In this document: piece by piece, positions 16,826 through 26,143 of the stretch
Numbering within the stretch: position 1 is the first letter of the stretch
Layout: every line of letters starts with the position of its first letter
Assembly: GCF_003010495.1 (NCBI RefSeq)
Contig: NZ_CP027570.1
Span: 1,920,001-1,952,000 of the forward strand
Direction: 5' to 3'
Length of the DNA: 32,000 nucleotides
Origin: Megasphaera elsdenii DSM 20460
Lineage (GTDB): Bacteria > Bacillota > Negativicutes > Veillonellales > Megasphaeraceae
The notes under the pieces: generated by a model
What the model saw: only the letters and a program-made list of their open reading frames with translations
Told to the model about the DNA's origin: nothing
Database searches by the model: none
Position numbers and translations under genes: made by a program

Positions 16826-17719
16826 ATGTCCGAACCCATTAAAAATCGCTATGAATTTACCATCCTGTTTGACGTAGAAAATGGCAATCCCAATGGAGAT
16901 CCCGATGCCGGCAATATGCCGCGCGTAGACCCGGAAACCGGATACGGCCTGGTTACCGATGTCTGCTTGAAGCGTAAGATACGCAATTGCATTGAAACGA
17001 TTTGCGAAGACCAGCCTGGCTATCGCATTTACGTCAAAGAAGGCGTTCCTTTGCAGCGCAGTGACAAAGAAGCGTTAACCTACGTGGGCATTGATGAAAA
17101 GACGGATATAAAAAAGATGAAAAAAGATGATCCGGAACTGGACCGTAAAATCTGTGACTTTATGTGCCAGAATTTCTTTGACATCCGTACCTTTGGCGCC
17201 GTCATGACGACCTTTGTCAAGAGTGCACTCAATTGCGGCCAAGTCCGCGGTCCCGTTCAGTTAGGCTTTGCCCGCAGCATTGATCCTATCGTACCACAGG
17301 AAGTCACCATTACCCGTGTCGCCATCACGACGGAAAAAGATGCGGAAAACAAGAACACCGAAATCGGCAGAAAATATATCATTCCCTATGCGTTATACCG
17401 CGTAGACGGCTATGTATCAGCCAACCTGGCACGGAAAGTGACCGGTTTCAGTGAAGACGATTTACAGTATTTATGGAAAGCCATCATTAATATGTTCGAA
17501 TACGACCATTCCGCTGCCAGAGGGAATATGGCTGTGCGCGAACTCATCGTATTCAAACACGATAGTGAATTGGGAAATGCTCCAGCATATAAACTTTTTG
17601 ATACTGTTCACGTCCAGAAAAAAGAAGGCGTCGTCGCGCCCAGAAACTATACGGACTATGACGTAACCGTAGATGAAAGCAAAATCCCGGAACACGTTAC
17701 GTGTACCCGGATGATTTAA
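16826..17719 (+). CDS. cas7: Cas7 (Csd2) backbone subunit
   Basis: FDVENGNPNGDPDAGNMPRVDPETGYGLVTDVCLKRKIRN is the Csd2/Cas7c signature. Confidence 0.95.
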   Translation: MSEPIKNRYEFTILFDVENGNPNGDPDAGNMPRVDPETGYGLVTDVCLKRKIRNCIETICEDQPGYRIYVKEGVPLQRSDKEALTYVGIDEKTDIKKMKKDDPELDRKICDFMCQNFFDIRTFGAVMTTFVKSALNCGQVRGPVQLGFARSIDPIVPQEVTITRVAITTEKDAENKNTEIGRKYIIPYALYRVDGYVSANLARKVTGFSEDDLQYLWKAIINMFEYDHSAARGNMAVRELIVFKHDSELGNAPAYKLFDTVHVQKKEGVVAPRNYTDYDVTVDESKIPEHVTCTRMI

Positions 17720-17903
17720 ACGTAGGAAAGAGGGGGTGCGAAGCCGTATCACACATAAAATATATCAGAGCTTCGCACCCGGCTTGATTTCTATAAAAAT
17801 AAGCAATACCCGGAGAATTGACTCAAAAATTGAACTGCTATTCAATCAGTTCGCAATATGATTGATGAGAGAGCAGATAGTGACTGAGCCAATTTGCAGG
17901 CTC
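17720..17903 (+). promoter_or_regulatory. CRISPR leader
   Basis: AT-rich 184 bp between the cas7 stop and repeat 1. It has an 11-bp perfect hairpin (17734-17744 / 17770-17780). A possible promoter is TTGACT 17818-17823, 17 nt, TTCAAT 17841-17846. Confidence 0.5.
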
Positions 17904-20900
17904 GTCGCACCCTTCACGGGTGCGTGGATTGAAATTAAAGTTGTCTTGATTCTTAGTTTATCATGGATAGGGTCGCACCCTTCACGGGTGCGTGGATTGA
18001 AATTATACATCAGGAGGCTCTAAATTAAATGAAACGAGCGTCGCACCCTTCACGGGTGCGTGGATTGAAATCTGAATGGGACCTGGAAAAATGCGTCCAG
18101 TGTACGTCGCACCCTTCACGGGTGCGTGGATTGAAATAATGAAACCGATGAAACGGTCAACAAGAAGACCAAGTCGCACCCTTCACGGGTGCGTGGATTG
18201 AAATGGCATGGACACGCTGACGGCGGACGGACCGGCCAAGCGTCGCACCCTTCACGGGTGCGTGGATTGAAATAATGAAACCGATGAAACGGTCAACAAG
18301 AAGACCAAGTCGCACCCTTCACGGGTGCGTGGATTGAAATCCGGCAGAACATCTCCTGACCAACGACGATATGGAGTCGCACCCTTCACGGGTGCGTGGA
18401 TTGAAATACCTTCCTCAGCAAGGAAGAAATCGACGCCCTGGCGTCGCACCCTTCACGGGTGCGTGGATTGAAATATCGGCTGGATCACGGGCATCGAAGG
18501 GGTCTACTTCCGTCGCACCCTTCACGGGTGCGTGGATTGAAATTTATAATTACAACGCAGAGGAGTAAGGTGACCACGTCGCACCCTTCACGGGTGCGTG
18601 GATTGAAATCTCATGGCTTGCGACAAGGCCCTCGTTGAACCGTCGTCGCACCCTTCACGGGTGCGTGGATTGAAATTTTGAGCCAGAAAGATTATGCGTC
18701 GGGACAAATGGGGTCGCACCCTTCACGGGTGCGTGGATTGAAATGGCTTATGCCTGTGCCCGCGGTGCTGACCGCATGAGCGTCGCACCCTTCACGGGTG
18801 CGTGGATTGAAATTGATCAAGGCCGCCGCGATTTGCAGGCCTGGTGGACGTCGCACCCTTCACGGGTGCGTGGATTGAAATATATAGAACATCCTGAAAG
18901 AGATACTTTGGTCATCGTCGCACCCTTCACGGGTGCGTGGATTGAAATGTGTATTAGTTAACGGTGCCGATGGCCGCATGGGCAGCGTCGCACCCTTCAC
19001 GGGTGCGTGGATTGAAATCAGCAGCAGCTGGGCGTCTTGCAGGACCGGCCGGACGTCGCACCCTTCACGGGTGCGTGGATTGAAATCCGGAAGTCGTCTA
19101 CTGTGCCGGCAAGACCGTCCGTCGCACCCTTCACGGGTGCGTGGATTGAAATATCATCATGGCGACAATCGGCGTCCTCGTCGTCCTCGTCGCACCCTTC
19201 ACGGGTGCGTGGATTGAAATTCGCCTGCAGACTGAAGGACGGGGCCATCTGCGCCGGTCGCACCCTTCACGGGTGCGTGGATTGAAATTGCATGTGTCCC
19301 GGTGGCGTCGTCGTCGGGGCGGCTTGTCGCACCCTTCACGGGTGCGTGGATTGAAATTCGATTTCAATCATACGGGGATGAGCATCGTCGAAAGTCGCAC
19401 CCTTCACGGGTGCGTGGATTGAAATGCATGATACGCTGGAAACGTATACGGCTGTCAGTGGTCGCACCCTTCACGGGTGCGTGGATTGAAATCAAGACAG
19501 GCGTCATCTTCAAGGCCGCTATCGATACGTCGCACCCTTCACGGGTGCGTGGATTGAAATATTTTCCTTGTGGACGGCTTCGGCTGTTTCCTGCGTCGCA
19601 CCCTTCACGGGTGCGTGGATTGAAATAGTAAAAAAGAAATCCGGTCAAATTTTGTTTACGGGTCGCACCCTTCACGGGTGCGTGGATTGAAATCCGATGC
19701 CATCTGCTTCGTCTCGGAAAAGGGGCGGGGTCGCACCCTTCACGGGTGCGTGGATTGAAATTATATACGCGTAAAACGTATAACCAAAGCTATATCAGTC
19801 GCACCCTTCACGGGTGCGTGGATTGAAATCCAGAAGGCAGCCGCCGAAGGGAGGTCAGTCCAGTCGCACCCTTCACGGGTGCGTGGATTGAAATCTGTCG
19901 ATGAATTGATCAAAACGTTGGAAAAGCTGTGTCGCACCCTTCACGGGTGCGTGGATTGAAATGACACGGCGCACGGATACGCCGGCCAGGTACATCTCGT
20001 CGCACCCTTCACGGGTGCGTGGATTGAAATTGGCCATCGCTCTGAGCCTGCTGTGCACCGGCCTGGGCGTCGCACCCTTCACGGGTGCGTGGATTGAAAT
20101 ATGCGACACCACAAGACGCCGGCAGTGGCACGGGAAGTCGCACCCTTCACGGGTGCGTGGATTGAAATGGTAATGTCGCAGCGCTGGTCAAGTACGCGCT
20201 TGAGTCGCACCCTTCACGGGTGCGTGGATTGAAATTTACAAAGAAGCGCTGAAAGACGCTCGTAAGCAAGTCGCACCCTTCACGGGTGCGTGGATTGAAA
20301 TGTGGAATAGCTATTACGGTTTCCCCCAGCAGTCGTGGTCGCACCCTTCACGGGTGCGTGGATTGAAATTTGCGTGGCTTGACTACATGGACGAGGACGA
20401 AAAACGTCGCACCCTTCACGGGTGCGTGGATTGAAATGGACATACGGAGCCAATATTCGTCCTGGTGATTACTGCGTCGCACCCTTCACGGGTGCGTGGA
20501 TTGAAATGAACGTCTCCGCAGGCTGAATGACCCGAAACTTACTGTCGCACCCTTCACGGGTGCGTGGATTGAAATCAGCTTAGCATAATGCCAATCGTCC
20601 AGCACGTGCTTGTCGCACCCTTCACGGGTGCGTGGATTGAAATAGAACGAAGTGCAAAACCCTGGCCGATTACATTAACGTCGCACCCTTCACGGGTGCG
20701 TGGATTGAAATGCTGTATCAACGAAGAACTGGATATCTTCCGCTGTCGTCGCACCCTTCACGGGTGCGTGGATTGAAATAACGCAAACTTCGAAATTAAT
20801 TGCTTGAAGAAATACGTCGCACCCTTCACGGGTGCGTGGATTGAAATGTTTTTGCAATATACGTCGCTATCCCTCCTCGTCAGTCGCACCCTTCACGGGT

Positions 20901-21599
20901 GCGTGGATTGAAATGTGAGGTGGCTAGTCAATCCGCTGATTTTCCCGGCGCGTCGCACCCTTCACGGGTGCGTGGATTGAAATGTGGATTCAAAAAGCAA
21001 CTAATATCGACACTAAGCGTCGCACCCTTCACGGGTGCGTGGATTGAAATACTTACATGGATATGATAAATACATTGATGAAGAAGCGTCGCACCCTTCA
21101 CGGGTGCGTGGATTGAAATTTTGTAGCTTAAAATTATAGTCAACTAGAATAGAGGCGTCGCACCCTTCACGGGTGCGTGGATTGAAATTTCTATTATTAT
21201 CTCTTTTATCTCTTTACTCTTATGCGTCGCACCCTTCACGGGTGCGTGGATTGAAATAAGTAGGATGCGGAACCGTTCGTCTGAGATTGTGGAGCGTCGC
21301 ACCCTTCACGGGTGCGTGGATTGAAATCGCAGCAGGTTATCCGGCTGATTGTATCGCCGTCAGGTCGCACCCTTCACGGGTGCGTGGATTGAAATTTGTA
21401 TCAAGATGAAAAGAAGGTGGACTAATTATGCGTCGCACCCTTCACGGGTGCGTGGATTGAAATATCGCCCCCATTTTGGATTGTCAGCTCATAAGTCAAA
21501 GTCGCACCCTTCACGGGTGCGTGGATTGAAATAATGAAGCTGTCTAAGAGCTGCTGGCCGGCCTTCTGTCGCACCCTTCACGGGTGCGTGGATTGAAAT
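17904..21599 (+). CRISPR. type I-C CRISPR array, 55 repeats / 54 spacers
   Basis: The 32-nt repeat is GTCGCACCCTTCACGGGTGCGTGGATTGAAAT (first copy 17904-17935, last 21568-21599). All copies are identical by eye. Spacers are 33-38 nt with a mode of 36. The internal palindrome GCACCC/GGGTGC and the ATTGAAAT 3' end are typical of I-C repeats. Orientation matches the cas operon. Confidence 0.98.
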
Positions 21600-21862
21600 A
21601 AAATGCATCGCTCCTCAGGAACGTTCAGCGGGAAACGAGTCCGGCGCGGCCTGTACCGTTTCGCCGACGGCAGGATGGCTAATGCCGACATCAACGGCGC
21701 CGCCAACATACTCCGCAAAAGTAAGCAGAACCTCGATTTCGAGGGACTGTGTAAGGGGCTTTTGGACAGCCCTTTGAGAATAAGGCTATCCTGATTTCAG
21801 GAGGAAACTTAAACAGCAACCTTCTCAAGAATCTCTCGCTTCTATAAGCGGGAGAGGTTCAA
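21600..21862 (+). mobile_element. 3' remnant of an IS200/IS605-family (IS1341-type) element: tnpB tail plus probable right end
   Basis: It contains the tnpB C-terminal fragment. Downstream is an imperfect hairpin, CTCTC(GC) 21833-21839 / (GCGG)GAGAG 21848-21856, followed by TTCAA (21858-21862), resembling a subterminal RE hairpin plus cleavage site. No left end or tnpA is present. Confidence 0.5.
21603..21794 (+). pseudogene. tnpB: tnpB (RNA-guided nuclease / IS605 OrfB) C-terminal fragment
   Basis: The translation is MHRSSGTFSGKRVRRGLYRFADGRMANADINGAANILRKSKQNLDFEGLCKGLLDSPLRIRLS. NADINGAANILRK is the RuvC-III motif at the TnpB C-terminus. The frame is closed upstream by a TGA inside the last CRISPR repeat, so only ~60 codons remain. 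Confidence 0.6.
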
Positions 21863-21872
21863 AGGCAGTATT

Positions 21873-22646
21873 TCAAATCTTCAAATCCGATTCTGCATAG
21901 AGTGCCGCATAGCCAGCCAGGGCGATGCGGCCTTTTTCTATGTGGCAATAGAGTTCGCCGCCCCGTTTCGAGGCCTGGTAGGCGACGAGGTCGGTTTTGT
22001 CGAGTTTGGCTGCCATGACGGGGATGATGTGGCAATGGCCGCTGCCGCAGACCGGGTCTTCCGGGACGGCGAGTTTCGGCGCAAAGGACCGGCTGACCGT
22101 GTCGTATTTGCTGCCTTTGGCCGTGATGTTGCAGAGCAGGCCGTCGAGTTGCTTGATTTTGGCCATGTCAGGCTGGCAATGGATGACTTCTCCTTCGTCG
22201 GCCAGGACGCAGACCAGGTCGCGGGCGAGATAGGCTTCGACAGGGCGGACGCCCAGTGCTTCTTCCATGGCGTCTGTGACCGGGACAGGTTTCATGTCAT
22301 AAGCCGGGAAATCCATGGAGAAGCGGTCGCCGTCACGGGTGACGATTAGTTCGCCGCTGAGGGTCTGGAAGACGTAGCGGCTGGCGTCGGGTTCGAAGAA
22401 ATGGGAGAGGACATAAGCCGTGCCCAGGGTCGCATGGCCGCAGAGGTCGATTTCACCGCCCGGCGTGAACCAGCGCAGGTGCCAGTGATTGCCTTCTTTG
22501 ACGGTAAAGGCCGTTTCGGATAAGCTGTTTTCCATGGCAATGTGCTGCATCAGTTCGTCAGGCAGCCAATGGTCCAGGACGCAGACGGCAGCCGGGTTTC
22601 CTTTGAATATTTCCTTAGTAAAAGCGTCGACAATGTAACATTTCAT
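21873..22646 (-). CDS. PhzF-family isomerase-like protein
   Basis: MKCYIVDAFTKEIFKGNPAAVCVL...ENSLSETAF...LRWFTPGGEIDLCGHATLGTAYVL follows the PhzF/YddE family pattern. Confidence 0.85.
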   Translation of the reverse strand: MKCYIVDAFTKEIFKGNPAAVCVLDHWLPDELMQHIAMENSLSETAFTVKEGNHWHLRWFTPGGEIDLCGHATLGTAYVLSHFFEPDASRYVFQTLSGELIVTRDGDRFSMDFPAYDMKPVPVTDAMEEALGVRPVEAYLARDLVCVLADEGEVIHCQPDMAKIKQLDGLLCNITAKGSKYDTVSRSFAPKLAVPEDPVCGSGHCHIIPVMAAKLDKTDLVAYQASKRGGELYCHIEKGRIALAGYAALYAESDLKI

Positions 22647-22707
22647 AGGACAGACCTCCTTTTTTAGTCATCATATCACAGCCTGACTGGACTGGCAATG
22701 AGGGACA

Positions 22708-22790
22708 TGGTATAATTTTACTCAGAAAGATTTTACTCAGAAACTTTTTAGTCAAAATATTCTGAGTAAAATGAAACTGAGTAAAGGAGT
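22708..22790 (+). promoter_or_regulatory. extended -10 promoter followed by a nested inverted repeat reaching the RBS of the ATPase gene
   Basis: TGGTATAAT lies at 22708-22716. TTTTACTCAGAAA occurs twice (22716-22728 and 22731-22743). Its complements are TTCTGAGTAAAA 22760-22771 and CTGAGTAAA 22777-22785. The SD AAGGAG is at 22784-22789. Confidence 0.55.
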
Positions 22791-22796
22791 GGGCCT

Positions 22797-24179
22797 ATGT
22801 TTATTGGAAGAAAAATGGAACTGACGCGGCTGCAGCAAATGTATGATTCGCCAAGGCAGGAAGTGATACTGATTTACGGGCGCCGGCGCATTGGTAAGAG
22901 TGAGCTGATTAAGCAATTTTTACAGGCGCCTGAAGTGACTGGGCTGTATTATCAATGTAAGCAGACGACGGAAATGAATAATGTGCAGAGCCTGTCCGCT
23001 TTGATTTCCGATGTGTATCAGTATCCGCCCCTTGCTTTTTCGGGAATAGAAAAGCTGCTGGAGTTTCTTTTTCAACGAGCCTGCCAGGAAAAACAAGTCC
23101 TTGTTTTGGATGAATATCCTTATTTACGGCAGACTGTCGCCGGGTTGGATAGTATACTGCAATCTTTGATTGACACATATCGGGAGCGTTCGCAGCTGAA
23201 GCTGATTCTTTGCGGGTCCTTTGTAGATACCATGAAATCGCTCATGTTGGAGGAAAATCCTTTATATGGCCGTATCACCTTGGGGCTCCATGTCCATCCT
23301 ATGGATTATTTTGAGTCTGCGCAATTCTACCCAGACTTTTCCTTGGAAGACAAAGTGCGTCTGTACAGCGTTTTTGGCGGGGTACCTTATTATAACAGTC
23401 TGATTGATCCGGCACGGAGTGTCCGGGAAAATGTCCTGGCTCTGCTGGTGGAACCGGGAGCTCGTCTGGAAAACGAGGTGCAGATGTATCTGTTAGGAGA
23501 ATTATCGAAATTTATCAATGCTAATGAGGCTTTTGAGGCCTTGGCCAGGGGGGTTCACCGCTACAAGGATATTTTGTCGCAATCTCATATTTCCAGCAGT
23601 CCGGCTTTGTCCGAAATCTTGAAACGACTGATTCTCATGGAGCTCGTTGAAAAAGAAGTGCCTATCAATGATGTTCATAATAAAAAACGAGCCAGTTACC
23701 ATATTTGTGATAATCTGGCCAGTTTTTATTATCGGTATATCTTTCCTTATAGTTCGCAACGGCAAATCATGGCGCCGGACGTTTTTTTTGACCGGTATAT
23801 TGCAGACGATTTCGCACGGGTTTTCGTACCGAAGCGGTTTGAATCGCTGTGCCGGCAATTTCTGATCCGCCAGAACCGGCAGGGACGTCTGCCGGAAATC
23901 TTCGATGCCATCGGGACCTATTCTTACGATTTGCCAAAAGAGCATAAGAATGGGGAATTCGATGTCGTTACGCATGATGATAAAGGCTACATCTTTTACG
24001 AAGCCAAATTCCGGCAGACGCCCATTACGGATGCCATGATTGAAACCGAAATCCGCCAGGTCCGTCAGATTGGGATGGATTGTTATCGTTATGGCTTCTT
24101 TTCTCGTGCCGGCTATGAGGTGACTCCCAGACCGGATGTCATCCTCTATACGCTGGACGATTTGTTTGAAAGCTGTTAA
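22797..24179 (+). CDS. AAA-type ATPase with C-terminal DUF234-like (restriction-endonuclease-like) region
   Basis: FIGRKMELTRL..VILIYGRRRIGKSELIKQF contains the Walker A, and VLVLDEYPYL the Walker B. The C-terminus ..EFDVVTHDDKGYIFYEAKF resembles DUF234. This is the archaeal-ATPase (COG1672-like) family. Confidence 0.8.
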   Translation: MFIGRKMELTRLQQMYDSPRQEVILIYGRRRIGKSELIKQFLQAPEVTGLYYQCKQTTEMNNVQSLSALISDVYQYPPLAFSGIEKLLEFLFQRACQEKQVLVLDEYPYLRQTVAGLDSILQSLIDTYRERSQLKLILCGSFVDTMKSLMLEENPLYGRITLGLHVHPMDYFESAQFYPDFSLEDKVRLYSVFGGVPYYNSLIDPARSVRENVLALLVEPGARLENEVQMYLLGELSKFINANEAFEALARGVHRYKDILSQSHISSSPALSEILKRLILMELVEKEVPINDVHNKKRASYHICDNLASFYYRYIFPYSSQRQIMAPDVFFDRYIADDFARVFVPKRFESLCRQFLIRQNRQGRLPEIFDAIGTYSYDLPKEHKNGEFDVVTHDDKGYIFYEAKFRQTPITDAMIETEIRQVRQIGMDCYRYGFFSRAGYEVTPRPDVILYTLDDLFESC

Positions 24180-24272
24180 TAGCTGACTTTCTTGACCTTG
24201 CAGGCTACGGTGTAGGAAAATATAAAGAAAAAATAATTGGATATAGAATTCGTAAATAAAAACAATTATCCG

Positions 24273-24301
24273 TTGATAAATTATTGAATATGGAGTATAA
24301 T
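24273..24301 (+). promoter_or_regulatory. promoter of etfBA
   Basis: -35 TTGATA 24273-24278, a 17-nt spacer, -10 TATAAT 24296-24301. The SD AAGGAGG precedes ATG 24340. Confidence 0.55.
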
Positions 24302-24339
24302 AGGTGACATAAGAAGACGTAAAAAAAGGAGGCCTACTT

Positions 24340-25122
24340 ATGAATATTGTAGTTTTGGTAAAGCAAGTTCCTGCGATTTCTGACATTGAAATCGCAAAAG
24401 ATAACAACTTGGTCCGTGTCGGCGCACCGTCGATGCTCAACCCCGTTGATAAACACGCCATTGAAGCGGCTGTGGCTGTCAAGGAAGCCGTTGGCGGTAC
24501 GGTCACGCTCCTGACCATGGGCAACGCCCTGGCCGGGGAAATGATGCGTGACGGCATTGCTGTCGGTGCCGATAAGGGCGTCCTCGTCTCGGACGAACGC
24601 ATGGCTGGTTCCGATACGCTGGCAACGGGCCTGGTCTTGGCCAAGGCCATTGAAAAATTGGGTGGTGCCGATCTGGTCTTTACGGGCAAGCGCTCGACCG
24701 ACGGCGACACCGGGCAGATTCCGCCGGCTATCGCTCAGCGCCTGGGCATGGCCCTCATTTCCTATGCCAACTCGGTCAGCGTCGAAGGCACGACGATCAC
24801 GGCGACGCGCCTGAACCACGACGGCATCGAAACCGTCCAGGCACAGGTACCGGCTGTCGTATCGGTTACGGAAAAAAGCAATACGCCGCGTTCTCCGAAG
24901 ATCCGCGGGAAAATGGCTGCCAAGAAAGCCGTCTTTGATGTCTGGAAAGTGGAAGACCTGGGCCTCGATGCAGCAAGTGTCGGGACATCCGGTTCGGCGA
25001 CGAAAGTCACGGAACTGTTTGCACCGGAACCGAATCCGGTCGGCGTCATGATTGAAGGGGCTACGCCGGCAGACGCTGCGGCTAATCTCGTCAAAGATCT
25101 GACTGCCAAGAACTTGCTGTAA
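24340..25122 (+). CDS. etfB: electron transfer flavoprotein beta subunit
   Basis: MNIVVLVKQVPAISDIEI..NPVDKHAIEAAVAVKE.. is the typical EtfB N-terminus. The 260-aa ORF is followed by etfA. Confidence 0.95.
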   Translation: MNIVVLVKQVPAISDIEIAKDNNLVRVGAPSMLNPVDKHAIEAAVAVKEAVGGTVTLLTMGNALAGEMMRDGIAVGADKGVLVSDERMAGSDTLATGLVLAKAIEKLGGADLVFTGKRSTDGDTGQIPPAIAQRLGMALISYANSVSVEGTTITATRLNHDGIETVQAQVPAVVSVTEKSNTPRSPKIRGKMAAKKAVFDVWKVEDLGLDAASVGTSGSATKVTELFAPEPNPVGVMIEGATPADAAANLVKDLTAKNLL

Positions 25123-25135
25123 GGAGGGCTGAATT

Positions 25136-26137
25136 ATGGAATTGAAACAGAATATCTGCGTATATATCGAAATCGCCGGCGGTGCCTTGAGCCCGTTGAG
25201 CATTGAATTGTTGGGCAAAGCCCGTCAGCTGGCTGATGCCAAGGGCAAGAAAGTCGTCGCTTTTGTCGCCGGTGCTGATACGGCGAAAGCCAGCCAGGAA
25301 GCTATTTCCTACGGGGCCGATGCCGTTGCCGCTGTCGAAGACGGCGCGCTGGCTGCTTATGATTCCGTCTTGTATACCAAAGCCATCGCCGCTTTGGCTG
25401 AAAAATATGAACCCAGTGTCATCCTCATCGGCGGGTCTCCCGATGGCCGCGACCTCGGTGGCCGCCTGTCGGCTCAGCTCGGTGTCGGCCTGGTCGCTGA
25501 CTGCACGGACGTCCGCTTTGAAGGCGACGATGACACCCTGACTTGGATCCGTCCGGCTTATACGGGCAAGCTCTTCGTCAAGATCCAGACGACGACGCGG
25601 CCACAGCTGGCTACGATCAGCGACAAGATTTTCCACGGCACGCCGGCAGATCCGTCCCGGACTGGCGAAATCGTCAAGGAAAGCGTCGATTTCACCGGTG
25701 TCGCTCCGTCCGTCACGGTAACGGGTTTTGAACCGGTCGAAAAAGAAGCGGAAGAACTGACTATCACGACGGCTGATATCGTCGTCGGTGCCGGCCGCGG
25801 TGTCCAGACCGAAGACGGTATGAAAGCGGTCCAGGCCTTTGCTCAGCGCATCGGTGCTGCTTTCGGTGTTTCCAAACCCCTCGTCGATAAAGAATGGGCA
25901 CCTTATGAATGGCAGATCGGCATTACGGGCAAGAAAATCGCTCCGAAGATTTACATCGCCCTGGGCATTTCCGGTGCCATCCAGCACAAACTGGGCATCC
26001 AGGATGCGGGCCTCATCATCGCCGTCAACAAAGACCCGGATGCACCGATCTTCAAGTTCGCCCACTACGGTATCGTAGGCGACCTCTTCGAAGTCATGCC
26101 GGAACTGGAAAAACAGATCAAAAAGATCCGTGGTTAG
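25136..26137 (+). CDS. etfA: electron transfer flavoprotein alpha subunit
   Basis: 333-aa ORF. The C-terminal FAD-binding region is ..[46 protein letters not shown]. Confidence 0.95.
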   Translation: MELKQNICVYIEIAGGALSPLSIELLGKARQLADAKGKKVVAFVAGADTAKASQEAISYGADAVAAVEDGALAAYDSVLYTKAIAALAEKYEPSVILIGGSPDGRDLGGRLSAQLGVGLVADCTDVRFEGDDDTLTWIRPAYTGKLFVKIQTTTRPQLATISDKIFHGTPADPSRTGEIVKESVDFTGVAPSVTVTGFEPVEKEAEELTITTADIVVGAGRGVQTEDGMKAVQAFAQRIGAAFGVSKPLVDKEWAPYEWQIGITGKKIAPKIYIALGISGAIQHKLGIQDAGLIIAVNKDPDAPIFKFAHYGIVGDLFEVMPELEKQIKKIRG

Positions 26138-26143
26138 GAAATA

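Noticed and set aside
17904-21599. About 20 ORFs of 60-110 aa in the track across the array on both strands, with recurring peptides VAPFTGAWIEI, SHPSRVRGLK, FNPRTREGCD and SIHAPVKGAT.
   Set aside because: They are translations of the 32-nt CRISPR repeat in different frames joined through spacers, not genes.
21603-21794. The TnpB-like ORF next to a CRISPR array as a miniature type V (Cas12-like) effector.
   Set aside because: Only the last ~60 codons exist and the frame is closed inside the last repeat. The repeat and the adjacent cas genes are unambiguously type I-C.
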